A stretch of DNA of 64,000 nt from Naegleria gruberi (lineage: Eukaryota), in the NCBI GenBank assembly GCA_000004985.1, contig GG738863.1, one strand, 5' to 3'. Shown piece after piece: positions 53,973-64,000 of the stretch. Every line of letters starts with the position of its first letter. Within the stretch, counting starts at the first letter, position 1. The notes beneath the pieces were generated by a model. It had not been told where the DNA came from, did not search any database, and worked only from the letters and a program-made list of their open reading frames with translations. The position numbers and the translations under genes are program-made.

Positions 53973-56900
53973 ATGCGAAGAATTCCAAGAACACCTTCTT
54001 CATCATCGAATAATAATCAACACAATTTACCAGTGATTGTTATTGATGATTCCACTGATGAGGATACAAGTATTTTACTTCCAGAAACTCCACCAAGAAG
54101 AGTTGTCGAACAACAGCAACGACAACGGGAAAATCTACCTATTGCTGTCTCTGATGATGAAACAACTCTGAATCCCTTCTCTCCAGGAGGTTCACCTTTA
54201 TATGCACCTTCTTCACCACAACTTCCTCTCAATTCTTTGGATTGGTCAGATTCAGAAGACTCCTCCGAATATGAATCATCATCTGATGAAGATGAAACAC
54301 CAAACCACAATAATATTGATGACTTTCTTGATAGATTAACAAGAGAAGAAGAAAGAGAAAGAGTCACCACTCACCAAACTCACCCACCAGTTGTACAATA
54401 CCCTTCAGTAGTGAATAGTAATAATAATTATAATAATTATAATTATTTACAATCACGACTGATCAATAATACTAACAGTAATAATAATATCAACTTGACT
54501 CTTCCCTTCGTGAATAACAATAATAATAGTAGTAATAATAGTAGTAACAGTAGTAGTAGTAATAATAATTCTAACAGAAATCTATTGCATCAACATAGAT
54601 TGCAGTCAACATCAGCAATAGCAGCAAGAATTCCAATTCAAGCATCCCGTAGATTTATAACTCCAACTACTTCTTCTACAAACAGAAATACACCTTTCGC
54701 ATCAGCATCTAATCATGCAAATCATCACCATCATCAACATCTTTTCACTAATAGAAATAATATCATAGGAATTCAAAGAAACAATGACCACCATGATACA
54801 CCATTTGAAAGAATGGTTGAAGAACATATTTTAGCCCAAGTTATTGCACGAACCCAACGTCACCAAGTGGGAGGAGCTATCCANNNNNNNNNNNNNNNNN
54901 NNNNNNNNNNNNNNNNNNNNNNNNNNNNNNNNNNNNNNNNNNNNNNNNNNNNNNNNNNNNNNNNNNNNNNNNNNNNNNNNNNNNNNNNNNNNNNNNNNNN
55001 NNNNNNNNNNNNNNNNNNNNNNNNNNNNNNNNNNNNNNNNNNNNNNNNNNNNNNNNNNNNNNNNNNNNNNNNNNNNNNNNNNNNNNNNNNNNNNNNNNNN
55101 NNNNNNNNNNNNNNNNNNNNNNNNNNNNNNNNNNNNNNNNNNNNNNNNNNNNNNNNNNNNNNNNNNNNNNNNNNNNNNNNNNNNNNNNNNNNNNNNNNNN
55201 NNNNNNNNNNNNNNNNNNNNNNNNNNNNNNNNNNNNNNNNNNNNNNNNNNNNNNNNNNNNNNNNNNNNNNNNNNNNNNNNNNNNNNNNNNNNNNNNNNNN
55301 NNNNNNNNNNNNNNNNNNNNNNNNNNNNNNNNNNNNNNNNNNNNNNNNNNNNNNNNNNNNNNNNNNNNNNNNNNNNNNNNNNNNNNNNNNNNNNNNNNNN
55401 NNNNNNNNNNNNNNNNNNNNNNNNNNNNNNNNNNNNNNNNNNNNNNNNNNNNNNNNNNNNNNNNNNNNNNNNNNNNNNNNNNNNNNNNNNNNNNNNNNNN
55501 NNNNNNNNNNNNNNNNNNNNNNNNNNNNNNNNNNNNNNNNNNNNNNNNNNNNNNNNNNNNNNNNNNNNNNNNNNNNNNNNNNNNNNNNNNNNNNNNNNNN
55601 NNNNNNNNNNNNNNNNNNNNNNNNNNNNNNNNNNNNNNNNNNNNNNNNNNNNNNNNNNNNNNNNNNNNNNNNNNNNNNNNNNNNNNNNNNNNNNNNNNNN
55701 NNNNNNNNNNNNNNNNNNNNNNNNNNNNNNNNNNNNNNNNNNNNNNNNNNNNNNNNNNNNNNNNNNNNNNNNNNNNNNNNNNNNNNNNNNNNNNNNNNNN
55801 NNNNNNNNNNNNNNNNNNNNNNNNNNNNNNNNNNNNNNNNNNNNNNNNNNNNNNNNNNNNNNNNNNNNNNNNNNNNNNNNNNNNNNNNNNNNNNNNNNNN
55901 NNNNNNNNNNNNNNNNNNNNNNNNNNNNNNNNNNNNNNNNNNNNNNNNNNNNNNNNNNNNNNNNNNNNNNNNNNNNNNNNNNNNNNNNNNNNNNNNNNNN
56001 NNNNNNNNNNNNNNNNNNNNNNNNNNNNNNNNNNNNNNNNNNNNNNNNNNNNNNNNNNNNNNNNNNNNNNNNNNNNNNNNNNNNNNNNNNNNNNNNNNNN
56101 NNNNNNNNNNNNNNNNNNNNNNNNNNNNNNNNNNNNNNNNNNNNNNNNNNNNNNNNNNNNNNNNNNNNNNNNNNNNNNNNNNNNNNNNNNNNNNNNNNNN
56201 NNNNNNNNNNNNNNNNNNNNNNNNNNNNNNNNNNNNNNNNNNNNNNNNNNNNNNNNNNNNNNNNNNNNNNNNNNNNNNNNNNNNNNNNNNNNNNNNNNNN
56301 NNNNNNNNNNNNNNNNNNNNNNNNNNNNNNNNNNNNNNNNNNNNNNNNNNNNNNNNNNNNNNNNNNNNNNNNNNNNNNNNNNNNNNNNNNNNNNNNNNNN
56401 NNNNNNNNNNNNNNNNNNNNNNNNNNNNNNNNNNNNNNNNNNNNNNNNNNNNNNNNNNNNNNNNNNNNNNNNNNNNNNNNNNNNNNNNNNNNNNNNNNNN
56501 NNNNNNNNNNNNNNNNNNNNNNNNNNNNNNNNNNNNNNNNNNNNNNNNNNNNNNNNNNNNNNNNNNNNNNNNNNNNNNNNNNNNNNNNNNNNNNNNNNNN
56601 NNNNNNNNNNNNNNNNNNNNNNNNNNNNNNNNNNNNNNNNNNNNNNNNNNNNNNNNNNNNNNNNNNNNNNNNNNNNNNNNNNNNNNNNNNNNNNNNNNNN
56701 NNNNNNNNNNNNNNNNNNNNNNNNNNNNNNNNNNNNNNNNNNNNNNNNNNNNNNNNNNNNNNNNNNNNNNNNNNNNNNNNNNNNNNNNNNNNNNNNNNNN
56801 NNNNNNNNNNNNNNNNNNNNNNNNNNNNNNNNNNNNNNNNNNNNNNNNNNNNNNNNNNNNNNNNNNNNNNNNNNNNNNNNNNNNNNNNNNNNNNNNNNNN

Positions 56901-59261
56901 NNNNNNNNNNNNNNNNNNNNNNNNNNNNNNNNNNNNNNNNNNNNNNNNTTGGAACTATTCTCACTGGATGAATTTTTAAAATTGTTGTCTAATGTGACTT
57001 CACCTTCAATTATTACAAGAATGGAGGTGAATGATTCTGCAAGTGGAGAACAGTCAATCGTCTATCAGACAACTGAGGAAAATTTTCAATTATTGACAAC
57101 ACATCTGCTAATGACTTGGGAGAGTTTACCTTCATCAATAGTAATTGTTATTTTCAGACTGTTATTTATGGTCTTTCTAATATCTTTACTTCCGCTTTGT
57201 ATTATTTACAGAAAGAGAGAACCCATCAGAAGAAAGTTACCAGTATCATTTTCTATTCTAATATTGGGTCTCTGTACTAACTCGAGATCTTTAATAGAGT
57301 CTATTCCTGTTCGAAAGATAATATTCTTACAGTACTGGAATCAATATTTGGAGGCGAAAACGAAGATGAATCCTTTCGAGTTTTTCGAAAAGTATTCTCA
57401 AAATGGTATCCCAGATTGGATGTTTAATATTACATATTATGAGAATATCATGTGTTACTCAGTTACTTTTGGTATTGTAATAATTTACATATTTTCAATC
57501 GTACTTTACTTTACTCACATGACCAAATTCATGTTGGACAGAATCATTACTAAGAAAAAAATGACCCTTAAGGATTCATTAGACAGAATCAAAGAAAAAG
57601 GAGCGAAAACAGTCATGTCGAATCAACCGCAACCAACCACTACCGTTCAATCAACCAATGACATTACACTGGTTCCTAAAAGTGTTGAAATTGAATTAGT
57701 GGAAAATGATCCTGCTATTTCCGTAACACTTAATACTATTGAGAATTCCACAATAGGAGACAAGAGATATCCCACATTAACAGTTGAAAACTCAATAGAA
57801 ATTGACAAAAATCTAGTAGCTCCAGAATCAACCGGTCAACTCACTACCATGACTAATGATACTTCCTTGACTACATCTCAACAACAAGGGGGTGGTTCAA
57901 CTAATATTCACATATCTTTCAGTGATGATACAGAGGATGACTTAACTTCAAGTGCTATAACAGATGCTGATGAAATATTTCTTACTGATGTAGACACTTT
58001 TGGGACAGAAGACAAGGAAAATGGATTAGCAACGGAAGGATATGAAAACTTTACAGAGAATACTAAAGCACTGAAAGTAATGCAATTTATAGAAGAGAAG
58101 AAGGTTATTCAAATAGTATTTTCTGTTGGATTGTTTCTAATTTGGTTTATCATTGCTGCTCTATTATTATTGTTTTGGAAGCAGGCGGGCCAATTTGTTT
58201 CTCTTTTTCCTGTTTTTGAGACGATCCAGGGAGTGTGTACTTCTGAGAAAAGATCAACCATTGGGACATTTTGTCTCTTGTTTGGACTTTTATTCCCAAT
58301 TGTATTCGTTTTTGTGTATTCTTTGGATATTTATCAATCAATATCTGAATATAGAATACAAAAGGACACAATTAAGAGGAATAGCCGGCAAGAAAATATG
58401 CCAAACTTTTTCATATACTACTTTATTGACACCGACTTGTTTCTCTACAGGTTAGAATGCTCATTGTTATTTTTATTTGGTGCTTTGTCTGTTTGCTTAT
58501 ATGTCATATTTTGGGATCCATCAGGAGATGACAAGATCAAAGGTTTGATATCACATCTGATATCCCTTTTTGGTATTGAATTTTTTATGATTGTAATTAT
58601 GCCTGGAATTTCAATTTTTGCAACAATTTACAGAACTTGGAAAGAAAAGAAATTGTTAAACAAACAAGATGAAAATTTAGATCAAATGACTGTATTGAAT
58701 TTGAAAAGGTTTGCACCTGGTATTGAATGTATAGATTTTATTCTAACACATCCAATAGAGAGACAGTTGTTTTACAAGTATTTGACTTCTGAGTTTTCTC
58801 AAGAAAATCTTCTCTTCATGGAGGATATTATGAGATTTCAAAGAATACCTCCCCAAAAACTTAGATATAAGATTATGAAATTGAGAGAAATAATAACACT
58901 CTATCTCATTCAGAATAGTTCTGTATTCGAGGTCAATATTTCTAAAAAATTGATTGACTCTGAAATACAGTCCTACATTCTTATTGAGCACATTCTTCAC
59001 CATCACTCAATTAAAATGATCAATCTTCCAAAATTTATCAAGGAAACACCCAAGATTAACTCATTCCCTGAACCGCTTCAACAGAACGACACAGACAGAG
59101 AATTACTACTCAATGCATTCAAGGAAATCAATCATCCAGATTTCATGAAAGGAATTATTACAGAAGCTTACTCTAATTTACTGGATTCTTATCTCAGATT
59201 CATAAGTAGTAGAGTGTGGCTAATACATTTGGAGAAAGTGAAACAATTTGGAATATTGTAA
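53973..59261 (+). CDS. Seven-TM protein with C-terminal RGS (regulator of G-protein signalling) domain; the N-terminal region is separated from it by the 2-kb assembly gap 54884..56948
   Basis: After the gap there are about seven hydrophobic helices, then an RGS box: FILTHPIERQLFYKYLTSEFSQENLLFMEDIMRFQ...LREIITLYL. Before the gap there is a Ser/Asn/His-rich low-complexity N-terminus, which may or may not be the same gene. Confidence 0.5.
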   Translation: MRRIPRTPSSSSNNNQHNLPVIVIDDSTDEDTSILLPETPPRRVVEQQQRQRENLPIAVSDDETTLNPFSPGGSPLYAPSSPQLPLNSLDWSDSEDSSEYESSSDEDETPNHNNIDDFLDRLTREEERERVTTHQTHPPVVQYPSVVNSNNNYNNYNYLQSRLINNTNSNNNINLTLPFVNNNNNSSNNSSNSSSSNNNSNRNLLHQHRLQSTSAIAARIPIQASRRFITPTTSSTNRNTPFASASNHANHHHHQHLFTNRNNIIGIQRNNDHHDTPFERMVEEHILAQVIARTQRHQVGGAIXXXXXXXXXXXXXXXXXXXXXXXXXXXXXXXXXXXXXXXXXXXXXXXXXXXXXXXXXXXXXXXXXXXXXXXXXXXXXXXXXXXXXXXXXXXXXXXXXXXXXXXXXXXXXXXXXXXXXXXXXXXXXXXXXXXXXXXXXXXXXXXXXXXXXXXXXXXXXXXXXXXXXXXXXXXXXXXXXXXXXXXXXXXXXXXXXXXXXXXXXXXXXXXXXXXXXXXXXXXXXXXXXXXXXXXXXXXXXXXXXXXXXXXXXXXXXXXXXXXXXXXXXXXXXXXXXXXXXXXXXXXXXXXXXXXXXXXXXXXXXXXXXXXXXXXXXXXXXXXXXXXXXXXXXXXXXXXXXXXXXXXXXXXXXXXXXXXXXXXXXXXXXXXXXXXXXXXXXXXXXXXXXXXXXXXXXXXXXXXXXXXXXXXXXXXXXXXXXXXXXXXXXXXXXXXXXXXXXXXXXXXXXXXXXXXXXXXXXXXXXXXXXXXXXXXXXXXXXXXXXXXXXXXXXXXXXXXXXXXXXXXXXXXXXXXXXXXXXXXXXXXXXXXXXXXXXXXXXXXXXXXXXXXXXXXXXXXXXXXXXXXXXXXXXXXXXXXXXXXXXXXXXXXXXXXXXXXXXXXXXXXXXXXXXXXXXXXXXXXXXXXXXXXXXXXXXXXXXXXXXXXXXXXXXXXXXXXXXXXXXXXXXXXXXXXXXXXXXXXXXXXXXXXXXLELFSLDEFLKLLSNVTSPSIITRMEVNDSASGEQSIVYQTTEENFQLLTTHLLMTWESLPSSIVIVIFRLLFMVFLISLLPLCIIYRKREPIRRKLPVSFSILILGLCTNSRSLIESIPVRKIIFLQYWNQYLEAKTKMNPFEFFEKYSQNGIPDWMFNITYYENIMCYSVTFGIVIIYIFSIVLYFTHMTKFMLDRIITKKKMTLKDSLDRIKEKGAKTVMSNQPQPTTTVQSTNDITLVPKSVEIELVENDPAISVTLNTIENSTIGDKRYPTLTVENSIEIDKNLVAPESTGQLTTMTNDTSLTTSQQQGGGSTNIHISFSDDTEDDLTSSAITDADEIFLTDVDTFGTEDKENGLATEGYENFTENTKALKVMQFIEEKKVIQIVFSVGLFLIWFIIAALLLLFWKQAGQFVSLFPVFETIQGVCTSEKRSTIGTFCLLFGLLFPIVFVFVYSLDIYQSISEYRIQKDTIKRNSRQENMPNFFIYYFIDTDLFLYRLECSLLFLFGALSVCLYVIFWDPSGDDKIKGLISHLISLFGIEFFMIVIMPGISIFATIYRTWKEKKLLNKQDENLDQMTVLNLKRFAPGIECIDFILTHPIERQLFYKYLTSEFSQENLLFMEDIMRFQRIPPQKLRYKIMKLREIITLYLIQNSSVFEVNISKKLIDSEIQSYILIEHILHHHSIKMINLPKFIKETPKINSFPEPLQQNDTDRELLLNAFKEINHPDFMKGIITEAYSNLLDSYLRFISSRVWLIHLEKVKQFGIL
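54884..56948. other. Assembly gap (2065 N)
   Basis: Run of N upstream of the 7TM-RGS coding region. Confidence 1.
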
Positions 59262-60082
59262 TCAGTTATTTGAAACTTTGAATCCAAGTCCTATTACTGA
59301 GGTTAAATAATATGTACTTAAATGACTGAATGTATACCTTTCAGCTTCTTAAACAGTACCTTTACAAATTAGAATGAACCAACAAGTTCAGAACAAAAAC
59401 TTTATCATGGACAATAAGGGCCCTTTTTCAGGTTTTCTCCCAACCCAAGGAAAAGGAACTTTGCAGTATTACTCAGCCAATTATGCAAGAGACACTATGT
59501 TGAGACACAAAGAATCACAACAAATTCAATCACCGTCACAGACCACTTTTTCCAATATTTTCCAATCTATAATAATATATACTAAGGGGAGATGAGGTAT
59601 CTTATGAGAGGCAATGAAAGGAGGTGATAAAGAGGGACCGATGACCCAATAGCGTTCAATTGAAACACTTTTGAGAGGGAGAGACAAATTTGTATGTTAG
59701 GATGAGAAAATATTGTTGGAGGCCAAATTTTTGAAACCTTTGTGGCGCCAACGCTTCTAACGAGCATTTGATGCTGCTTTGCAACTAAGGCCGTTCAACG
59801 CTTTTTGAGCAAAACTACAATTGTAAAAAAATAGGCCCACTTCATCTTGGTTATTTTGACCCTGTAAATTTCTCAAATTCATCTCTCTATATCTTGTTGG
59901 TGGCCTTTCATCTACTTCAGCTGTTGATTGGAAAACGTATAGAGAAGGATTTCATATCATTAGTATTAGGAATTTTGTCTAACTACTAGTAAAATTTAAT
60001 TAGAGAACGTTTTGAGCAGAAATTAACGTTCTTTCCTAAGGAACCTAATGTATTTTTAAGAATATCAACTATATAATTTATA

Positions 60083-60667
60083 ATGGGAATATGTGCTTCG
60101 AATATTGGCACAACAACTCTAGAGCCAGCTTCTCCTCAAGAAGAAGGACAGCAAAATAAGTTTATAGGGGCTTCACCCTCACGAGTTTCTCTTAAACAAC
60201 CAGTTGAAAAACAACCTATAGCTCCACGAACAGATAAGCATGAGGCCCTTTCGGGACAGGATCAGAAACATAGAGATTCAAATGTTGACCCCACGCAGCA
60301 AGGTCAAAATGGATCAGCAGCAAAACCAAATGATGAAAGCTCAAAAGATCCTTCAAGGAGGACGACAGCAGCCTCAGGAAATCAACAACCAAATGGTGAT
60401 TTTAAAATATCTTTCTCAGAACAAGGGGATAAATACATGAATGTGCAGAAATGGTTAAACGAATGTATATTGAATGACAAAACACCAAATCCAATTATGC
60501 CAATAGGTGGAGTTATTGTTCACAATATGCCAACACCAGAAGAGATGGCAAAAATTGGTCAAGTTAACTCGTCGACGCAAGTCTCAACAACAGAGGACAA
60601 TACTTTAGCAGGACTTAAAAGGCATAAGAGTATGATGCCCAGCACTAAACAATATCAAATATCATAA
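60083..60667 (+). CDS. Hypothetical protein with MGICAS N-terminus (possible N-myristoylation/palmitoylation)
   Basis: 194-aa ORF with hydrophilic, Gln/Pro/Ser-rich composition. No domain recognised. Confidence 0.3.
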   Translation: MGICASNIGTTTLEPASPQEEGQQNKFIGASPSRVSLKQPVEKQPIAPRTDKHEALSGQDQKHRDSNVDPTQQGQNGSAAKPNDESSKDPSRRTTAASGNQQPNGDFKISFSEQGDKYMNVQKWLNECILNDKTPNPIMPIGGVIVHNMPTPEEMAKIGQVNSSTQVSTTEDNTLAGLKRHKSMMPSTKQYQIS

Positions 60668-60689
60668 CATTGAATTTATTAAAAAAAGT

Positions 60690-63600
60690 TTAAACAATAC
60701 GAGAAAGGGCTAATTGTCTCTCTCTGGTTAACTCAAGAGTATTAACTTGTTCTTCGTCACTTGGTGCTTGTTCACTTGAGCTAGCATCATTGTTGGATTC
60801 AGTAGTTGAAGCAGTATTGTTGGATTCAGAAGTGGCAGCCGATGAATTTTTGGATTTGGTAATGATATAATTCTTTGGAGTGGATTCGACAAACTTTTGT
60901 ACAACACTAAGGATAAGATGCATGACGGCTTCTTTTTGAGAATCAATTCTCTCAGATGAAGCAATTAATAGTCTGAGAATATCATACTTGATCATCAAAA
61001 TTGCCAAATGATTAGGGTTAGAAACTGAAAGAGCCAATTGAAGGAGGAATGAACCGATGAAGGTTATTATCTTATGTGAACTTTCTATTTGCAAAATATT
61101 TGAAATTTCATTGAATACCAAATGTGGTTTCTTTGAGCAAATTTCAATAAGCAGAGAAGTACCACCAACAGTACTTTGTGGATCCATGAAAGAAGTAAGA
61201 AGGAAGTGAATAAACTTATTATCTCCCTTCATATTGGAATCCAAATTATCATTGGTATATTCAATGAGGCTTTCATACAAATCACAAGCACTAACAAAGG
61301 TGCCTAAAACTTCCAAATAGATTCTAGATTCTTTTGGTTTTTCAATAATGTATGAAACAAGTTTGTACAGTAAAGTCTTGGCAGTCTCACCATTTGAAGA
61401 GGATGACTGTGTTGCAGCTTCTTCAGTAGGAGCATCCTTTGTCTCAATAAATCTGTTTCTATTGATTTGGAACATTTCCTTGACAAGCCCAAAGAAAATG
61501 GATGGATTTCTCTCAATCAGAGAGGCATTTTCAGCAAGGAACAAGCGAACTGTAAGACGACTACCTGCAGTCTTTGGATGTCTTCTCTTCAAAATGTTTC
61601 TCATGATGGATTTTGTGTTATCCTTATCACAGACAATATTCAAGAGAATTTGTTCAATAGTTTGAGCATTAGATGCCTTCAATACCAATTCAAAGTGTGG
61701 AGAATTAAAGAGTTTGGTGCAGCNNNNNNNNNNNNNNNNNNNNNNNNNNNNNNNNNNNNNNNNNNNNNNNNNNNNNNNNNNNNNNNNNNNNNNNNNNNNN
61801 NNNNNNNNNNNNNNNNNNNNNNNNNNNNNNNNNNNNNNNNNNNNNNNNNNNNCTTGAACATTCTTTGGTTCATTTGTAAGTCTTTCAATTGCAGCATTCA
61901 CTACGAAATCCTTCAATGTATCCTTCTTCTTAGCAAATATACTGAGCACATCAATACAGGCATAGGCTAAACCCTTGGTAAAAAGTCTAGCGGTGAGCCA
62001 TTTATCACTCTCTTCTTCAAGAACGACTGAATAATCTGTCTTGTCCTCTTCATCGTTCATCATTCCAGATTCTACCATAGACATTCTAATAGCTTTACTT
62101 AATTCGTCTTCATCTTCTTCCTCCTCCTCTTCTTCAACCTCTTTTGGAATGGTATTGTTGAGAATCCACTCTGCAGCTACCATTACATCATTATTGGCAC
62201 CTCTGAGAGCGGCACGAGCATCTTTTTGAGTAAATCCCATTTCCATCAATTGGTTGACCTTATCTTCGTCCTCTTTAACAGGTGAAGTTTCCTTCTTGCT
62301 TGTATCACATCCCTTGATAATATGACCAACAACATTGATGAGACAAATCAAGAATGTAGTACTGCCCTTCTCAATATTCTCATGATTCCATACCTTGGCA
62401 ACAGCTCCAGCAACCTTCTTTTGGACTTTAGTGGTGAGCTCAGAAACTTTGAAACCATCAAGAGCAAACAATTTGGCAGTTATTGGTGATTGAGCAGCGT
62501 AGTTGGCTGATGTAATCTTTTGGAGGAATGCTGTAAAATCTTCCAAACATGCAGAAGCAATACCATATTCACTTGATTCATATTCAAAAAGATAGATAGG
62601 ATCGGCTGATTCTGGTTTGCTTGGTTTTTTGACATCTTGTGACAAGATTAAATTTACAAGATCAACATAAAGCTTCATGATAGAATCAATAACACCCTTA
62701 CTAAGCATATTGTCAAGTACAAGAGTATTCAAATTTCTATAAGTTTCACTGATAACAACACTATAAATTAATGTCATTAAAGAATGTACATGAGCAGCCT
62801 TGACTGTCCAGGAAAGGTTTTCATCATTGAGAACCTTTTGAGCTTCTGTAACAGAGACTGAGAAATTTTGAACTAAAAGGCCAGCAATCTCTTTGGCTTT
62901 CAAAATAGATTCTGCTTGACCATCATGTTCAATAAGCTCGAAAATAGCTCTTTGAAGAGATTGATAAAATCTGAAAATTAGGGTCAAATATGAGCTAATG
63001 GTATTGTTGTTAAACTTTCTCAATGATCTGGCACCAATCTCTTCTTGAGTTTCCTCAACAGGTTTAGTTTCAGCAGAAGAGGAGGCAGCTGAGGAGCTAG
63101 AAGTAATGGATGTTGTAGATGTGTCCAGAGTCTTTTCTTCAGAGACAATAGGTTTCTTTCTCTTAAGGGCTGCAATTTCATCCTTCAAAATTTGAGGCTT
63201 GGATTTGGCAATATAGAGTCTAACTTTTGATTCCAAACGTGCTAAATCAGTTAAAACATCACCTTTCTTATTTTTCCATACTTCCACAAATGAATCTTCT
63301 GATTGTTCAAAGCAATTACTCATAATTTCAATAATAGTTGTAAGAGCGAAAATAGTCTTAATAGTACTGAATTTCTCAAATTCCAATTCTCCTGCATTCA
63401 ATGCACCCAGCTTGGAGTTTAAAATCTCGGACATCCCTTCATACACCAAAGTACTATGGCTTCTAATTAAATCCTTGAATACCACAATATATCTCATTGG
63501 TTCGATGGCGTTTTGAGTAGATGGCACAAGAGACAAATCTGTAATCTTCAACAACACTGGGAAAAATCCCTTATCAACGAAGAGAGTAGCATTATCATGT

Positions 63601-64000
63601 ACAATAATACCAATGGCCAATACAAACTGGGAAGCCAACATGAAAATAGGATGGCCATTCTTTCCTTCTTCCAAGTTTGCTTGCTCTAGCTTTTCTAAGA
63701 GTTCATTCATAATTTTTACAACTGAATTTACAATATTTTCCTTCAAGGCAGGATAAGTTTTGGACAAGGCAGCAATTTCAGAACCAATTGAAAAACCGAC
63801 ATCTTTCTTGATTGCCTTCGAATACTTTTCATTCAAGAAAATCCTCAAATAATTGTAGAAAGTGTCATCTGAAGCAAGCTTTTCCCTGAAATCTTGATTG
63901 AGGCAAAGTGAGTTAATTAAAAGTAAAATATTGTGTAAAACTTTGGCATAAGGAGGAACCCCATTTTTAGCAATATCCAAAATCAAATCAAATGTTCCAA
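60690..64000 (-). CDS. Large helical-repeat (ARM/HEAT-like) protein with an internal UBA domain, resembling the N-terminal DUF908/DUF913-UBA portion of HUWE1/Tom1-type proteins; 5' end lies beyond the window; contains assembly gap 61724..61852
   Basis: More than 1098 aa of ORF running off the window edge. UBA domain: DKVNQLMEMGFTQKDARAALRGANNDVMVAAEWILNN, followed by an acidic stretch. No HECT domain lies between the stop at 60690 and the next gene. Confidence 0.5.
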   Translation of the reverse strand, partial: GTFDLILDIAKNGVPPYAKVLHNILLLINSLCLNQDFREKLASDDTFYNYLRIFLNEKYSKAIKKDVGFSIGSEIAALSKTYPALKENIVNSVVKIMNELLEKLEQANLEEGKNGHPIFMLASQFVLAIGIIVHDNATLFVDKGFFPVLLKITDLSLVPSTQNAIEPMRYIVVFKDLIRSHSTLVYEGMSEILNSKLGALNAGELEFEKFSTIKTIFALTTIIEIMSNCFEQSEDSFVEVWKNKKGDVLTDLARLESKVRLYIAKSKPQILKDEIAALKRKKPIVSEEKTLDTSTTSITSSSSAASSSAETKPVEETQEEIGARSLRKFNNNTISSYLTLIFRFYQSLQRAIFELIEHDGQAESILKAKEIAGLLVQNFSVSVTEAQKVLNDENLSWTVKAAHVHSLMTLIYSVVISETYRNLNTLVLDNMLSKGVIDSIMKLYVDLVNLILSQDVKKPSKPESADPIYLFEYESSEYGIASACLEDFTAFLQKITSANYAAQSPITAKLFALDGFKVSELTTKVQKKVAGAVAKVWNHENIEKGSTTFLICLINVVGHIIKGCDTSKKETSPVKEDEDKVNQLMEMGFTQKDARAALRGANNDVMVAAEWILNNTIPKEVEEEEEEEDEDELSKAIRMSMVESGMMNDEEDKTDYSVVLEEESDKWLTARLFTKGLAYACIDVLSIFAKKKDTLKDFVVNAAIERLTNEPKNVQXXXXXXXXXXXXXXXXXXXXXXXXXXXXXXXXXXXXXXXXXXXXCTKLFNSPHFELVLKASNAQTIEQILLNIVCDKDNTKSIMRNILKRRHPKTAGSRLTVRLFLAENASLIERNPSIFFGLVKEMFQINRNRFIETKDAPTEEAATQSSSSNGETAKTLLYKLVSYIIEKPKESRIYLEVLGTFVSACDLYESLIEYTNDNLDSNMKGDNKFIHFLLTSFMDPQSTVGGTSLLIEICSKKPHLVFNEISNILQIESSHKIITFIGSFLLQLALSVSNPNHLAILMIKYDILRLLIASSERIDSQKEAVMHLILSVVQKFVESTPKNYIITKSKNSSAATSESNNTASTTESNNDASSSEQAPSDEEQVNTLELTRERQLALSRIV
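61724..61852. other. Assembly gap (129 N)
   Basis: Run of N inside the UBA/ARM-repeat gene. Confidence 1.

Noticed and set aside
1-64000. CRISPR arrays, prokaryotic operons, phage or defence-island organisation
   Set aside because: The sequence is plainly eukaryotic: spliceosomal introns with GT-AG boundaries, tubulin, HSP104, a Pol III-type tRNA context, poly-Asn/Gln proteins and assembly gaps. No direct-repeat/spacer arrays or operon-like co-directional gene strings were seen.
1-64000. Assignment to Dictyostelium discoideum on the basis of poly-Asn/Gln tracts and AT-richness
   Set aside because: Intergenic and intron sequence here is only about 65-70% AT, far from the extreme AT of D. discoideum. 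Leu is frequently TTG rather than TTA. A Zn2Cys6/Fungal_trans factor and a flagellar DNAAF1-like gene are present, whereas dictyostelids are aflagellate. Lineage is left open but fungus-like.
60690-64000. Calling the UBA/ARM-repeat gene a HECT E3 ligase (HUWE1/Tom1 orthologue)
   Set aside because: Only the N-terminal helical-repeat and UBA portions resemble HUWE1. The ORF terminates at 60690 with no HECT domain before the next gene. The 5' end is outside the window, so only an architecture-level description is given.

Overview
The window is an AT-rich eukaryotic nuclear scaffold (about one-third GC by eye) with five runs of N, which are assembly gaps. There is no prokaryotic operon structure and no CRISPR array. 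It is gene-dense, with roughly 30 protein-coding genes on both strands, about one per 2 kb. Many genes are split by very short GT-AG introns of 43-180 bp with GTAAGT-like donors and mostly TAG acceptors. Several such introns can be reconstructed by hand from motif continuity across the junction. Proteins are full of Asn/Gln/Ser homopolymer tracts, and codon usage prefers TTG/AGA/CAA/CCA/GGT. Confidently recognisable genes include an HSP104/ClpB disaggregase, mitochondrial IF2, alpha-tubulin with its first exon recovered, a 5'-nucleotidase with six exons, a 4-hydroxybutyrate/acetyl-CoA transferase-family gene, a LigB/DODA-type extradiol dioxygenase and a serpin. Also recognisable are a PARG-like gene and an ARH-type ADP-ribosylhydrolase, a receptor-like TKL kinase with a beta-helix ectodomain, a Zn2Cys6 transcription factor carrying the fungal-specific TF domain, and a DNAAF1/LRRC50-like dynein-assembly LRR gene. 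The list continues with a PUF-repeat gene, an EcKL/CHK-type small-molecule kinase, a pseudokinase-RCC1 fusion, a 7TM gene next to a 7TM-RGS gene, two F-box-like multi-TM proteins, a piggyBac-like transposase remnant, and a tRNA-like gene with anticodon UCA followed by a Pol III T-run. A Zn2Cys6/Fungal_trans factor together with HSP104 points to a fungus, and a flagellar assembly factor suggests a flagellated, chytrid-like one. An amoebozoan or other protist cannot be excluded from sequence alone. No single 'system' stands out. The most notable items are the candidate UGA-decoding tRNA, the PARG/ARH neighbourhood, the degenerate kinase-RCC1 fusion, the membrane-anchored F-box pair, the GPCR/RGS pair and the transposon-flanked dioxygenase.
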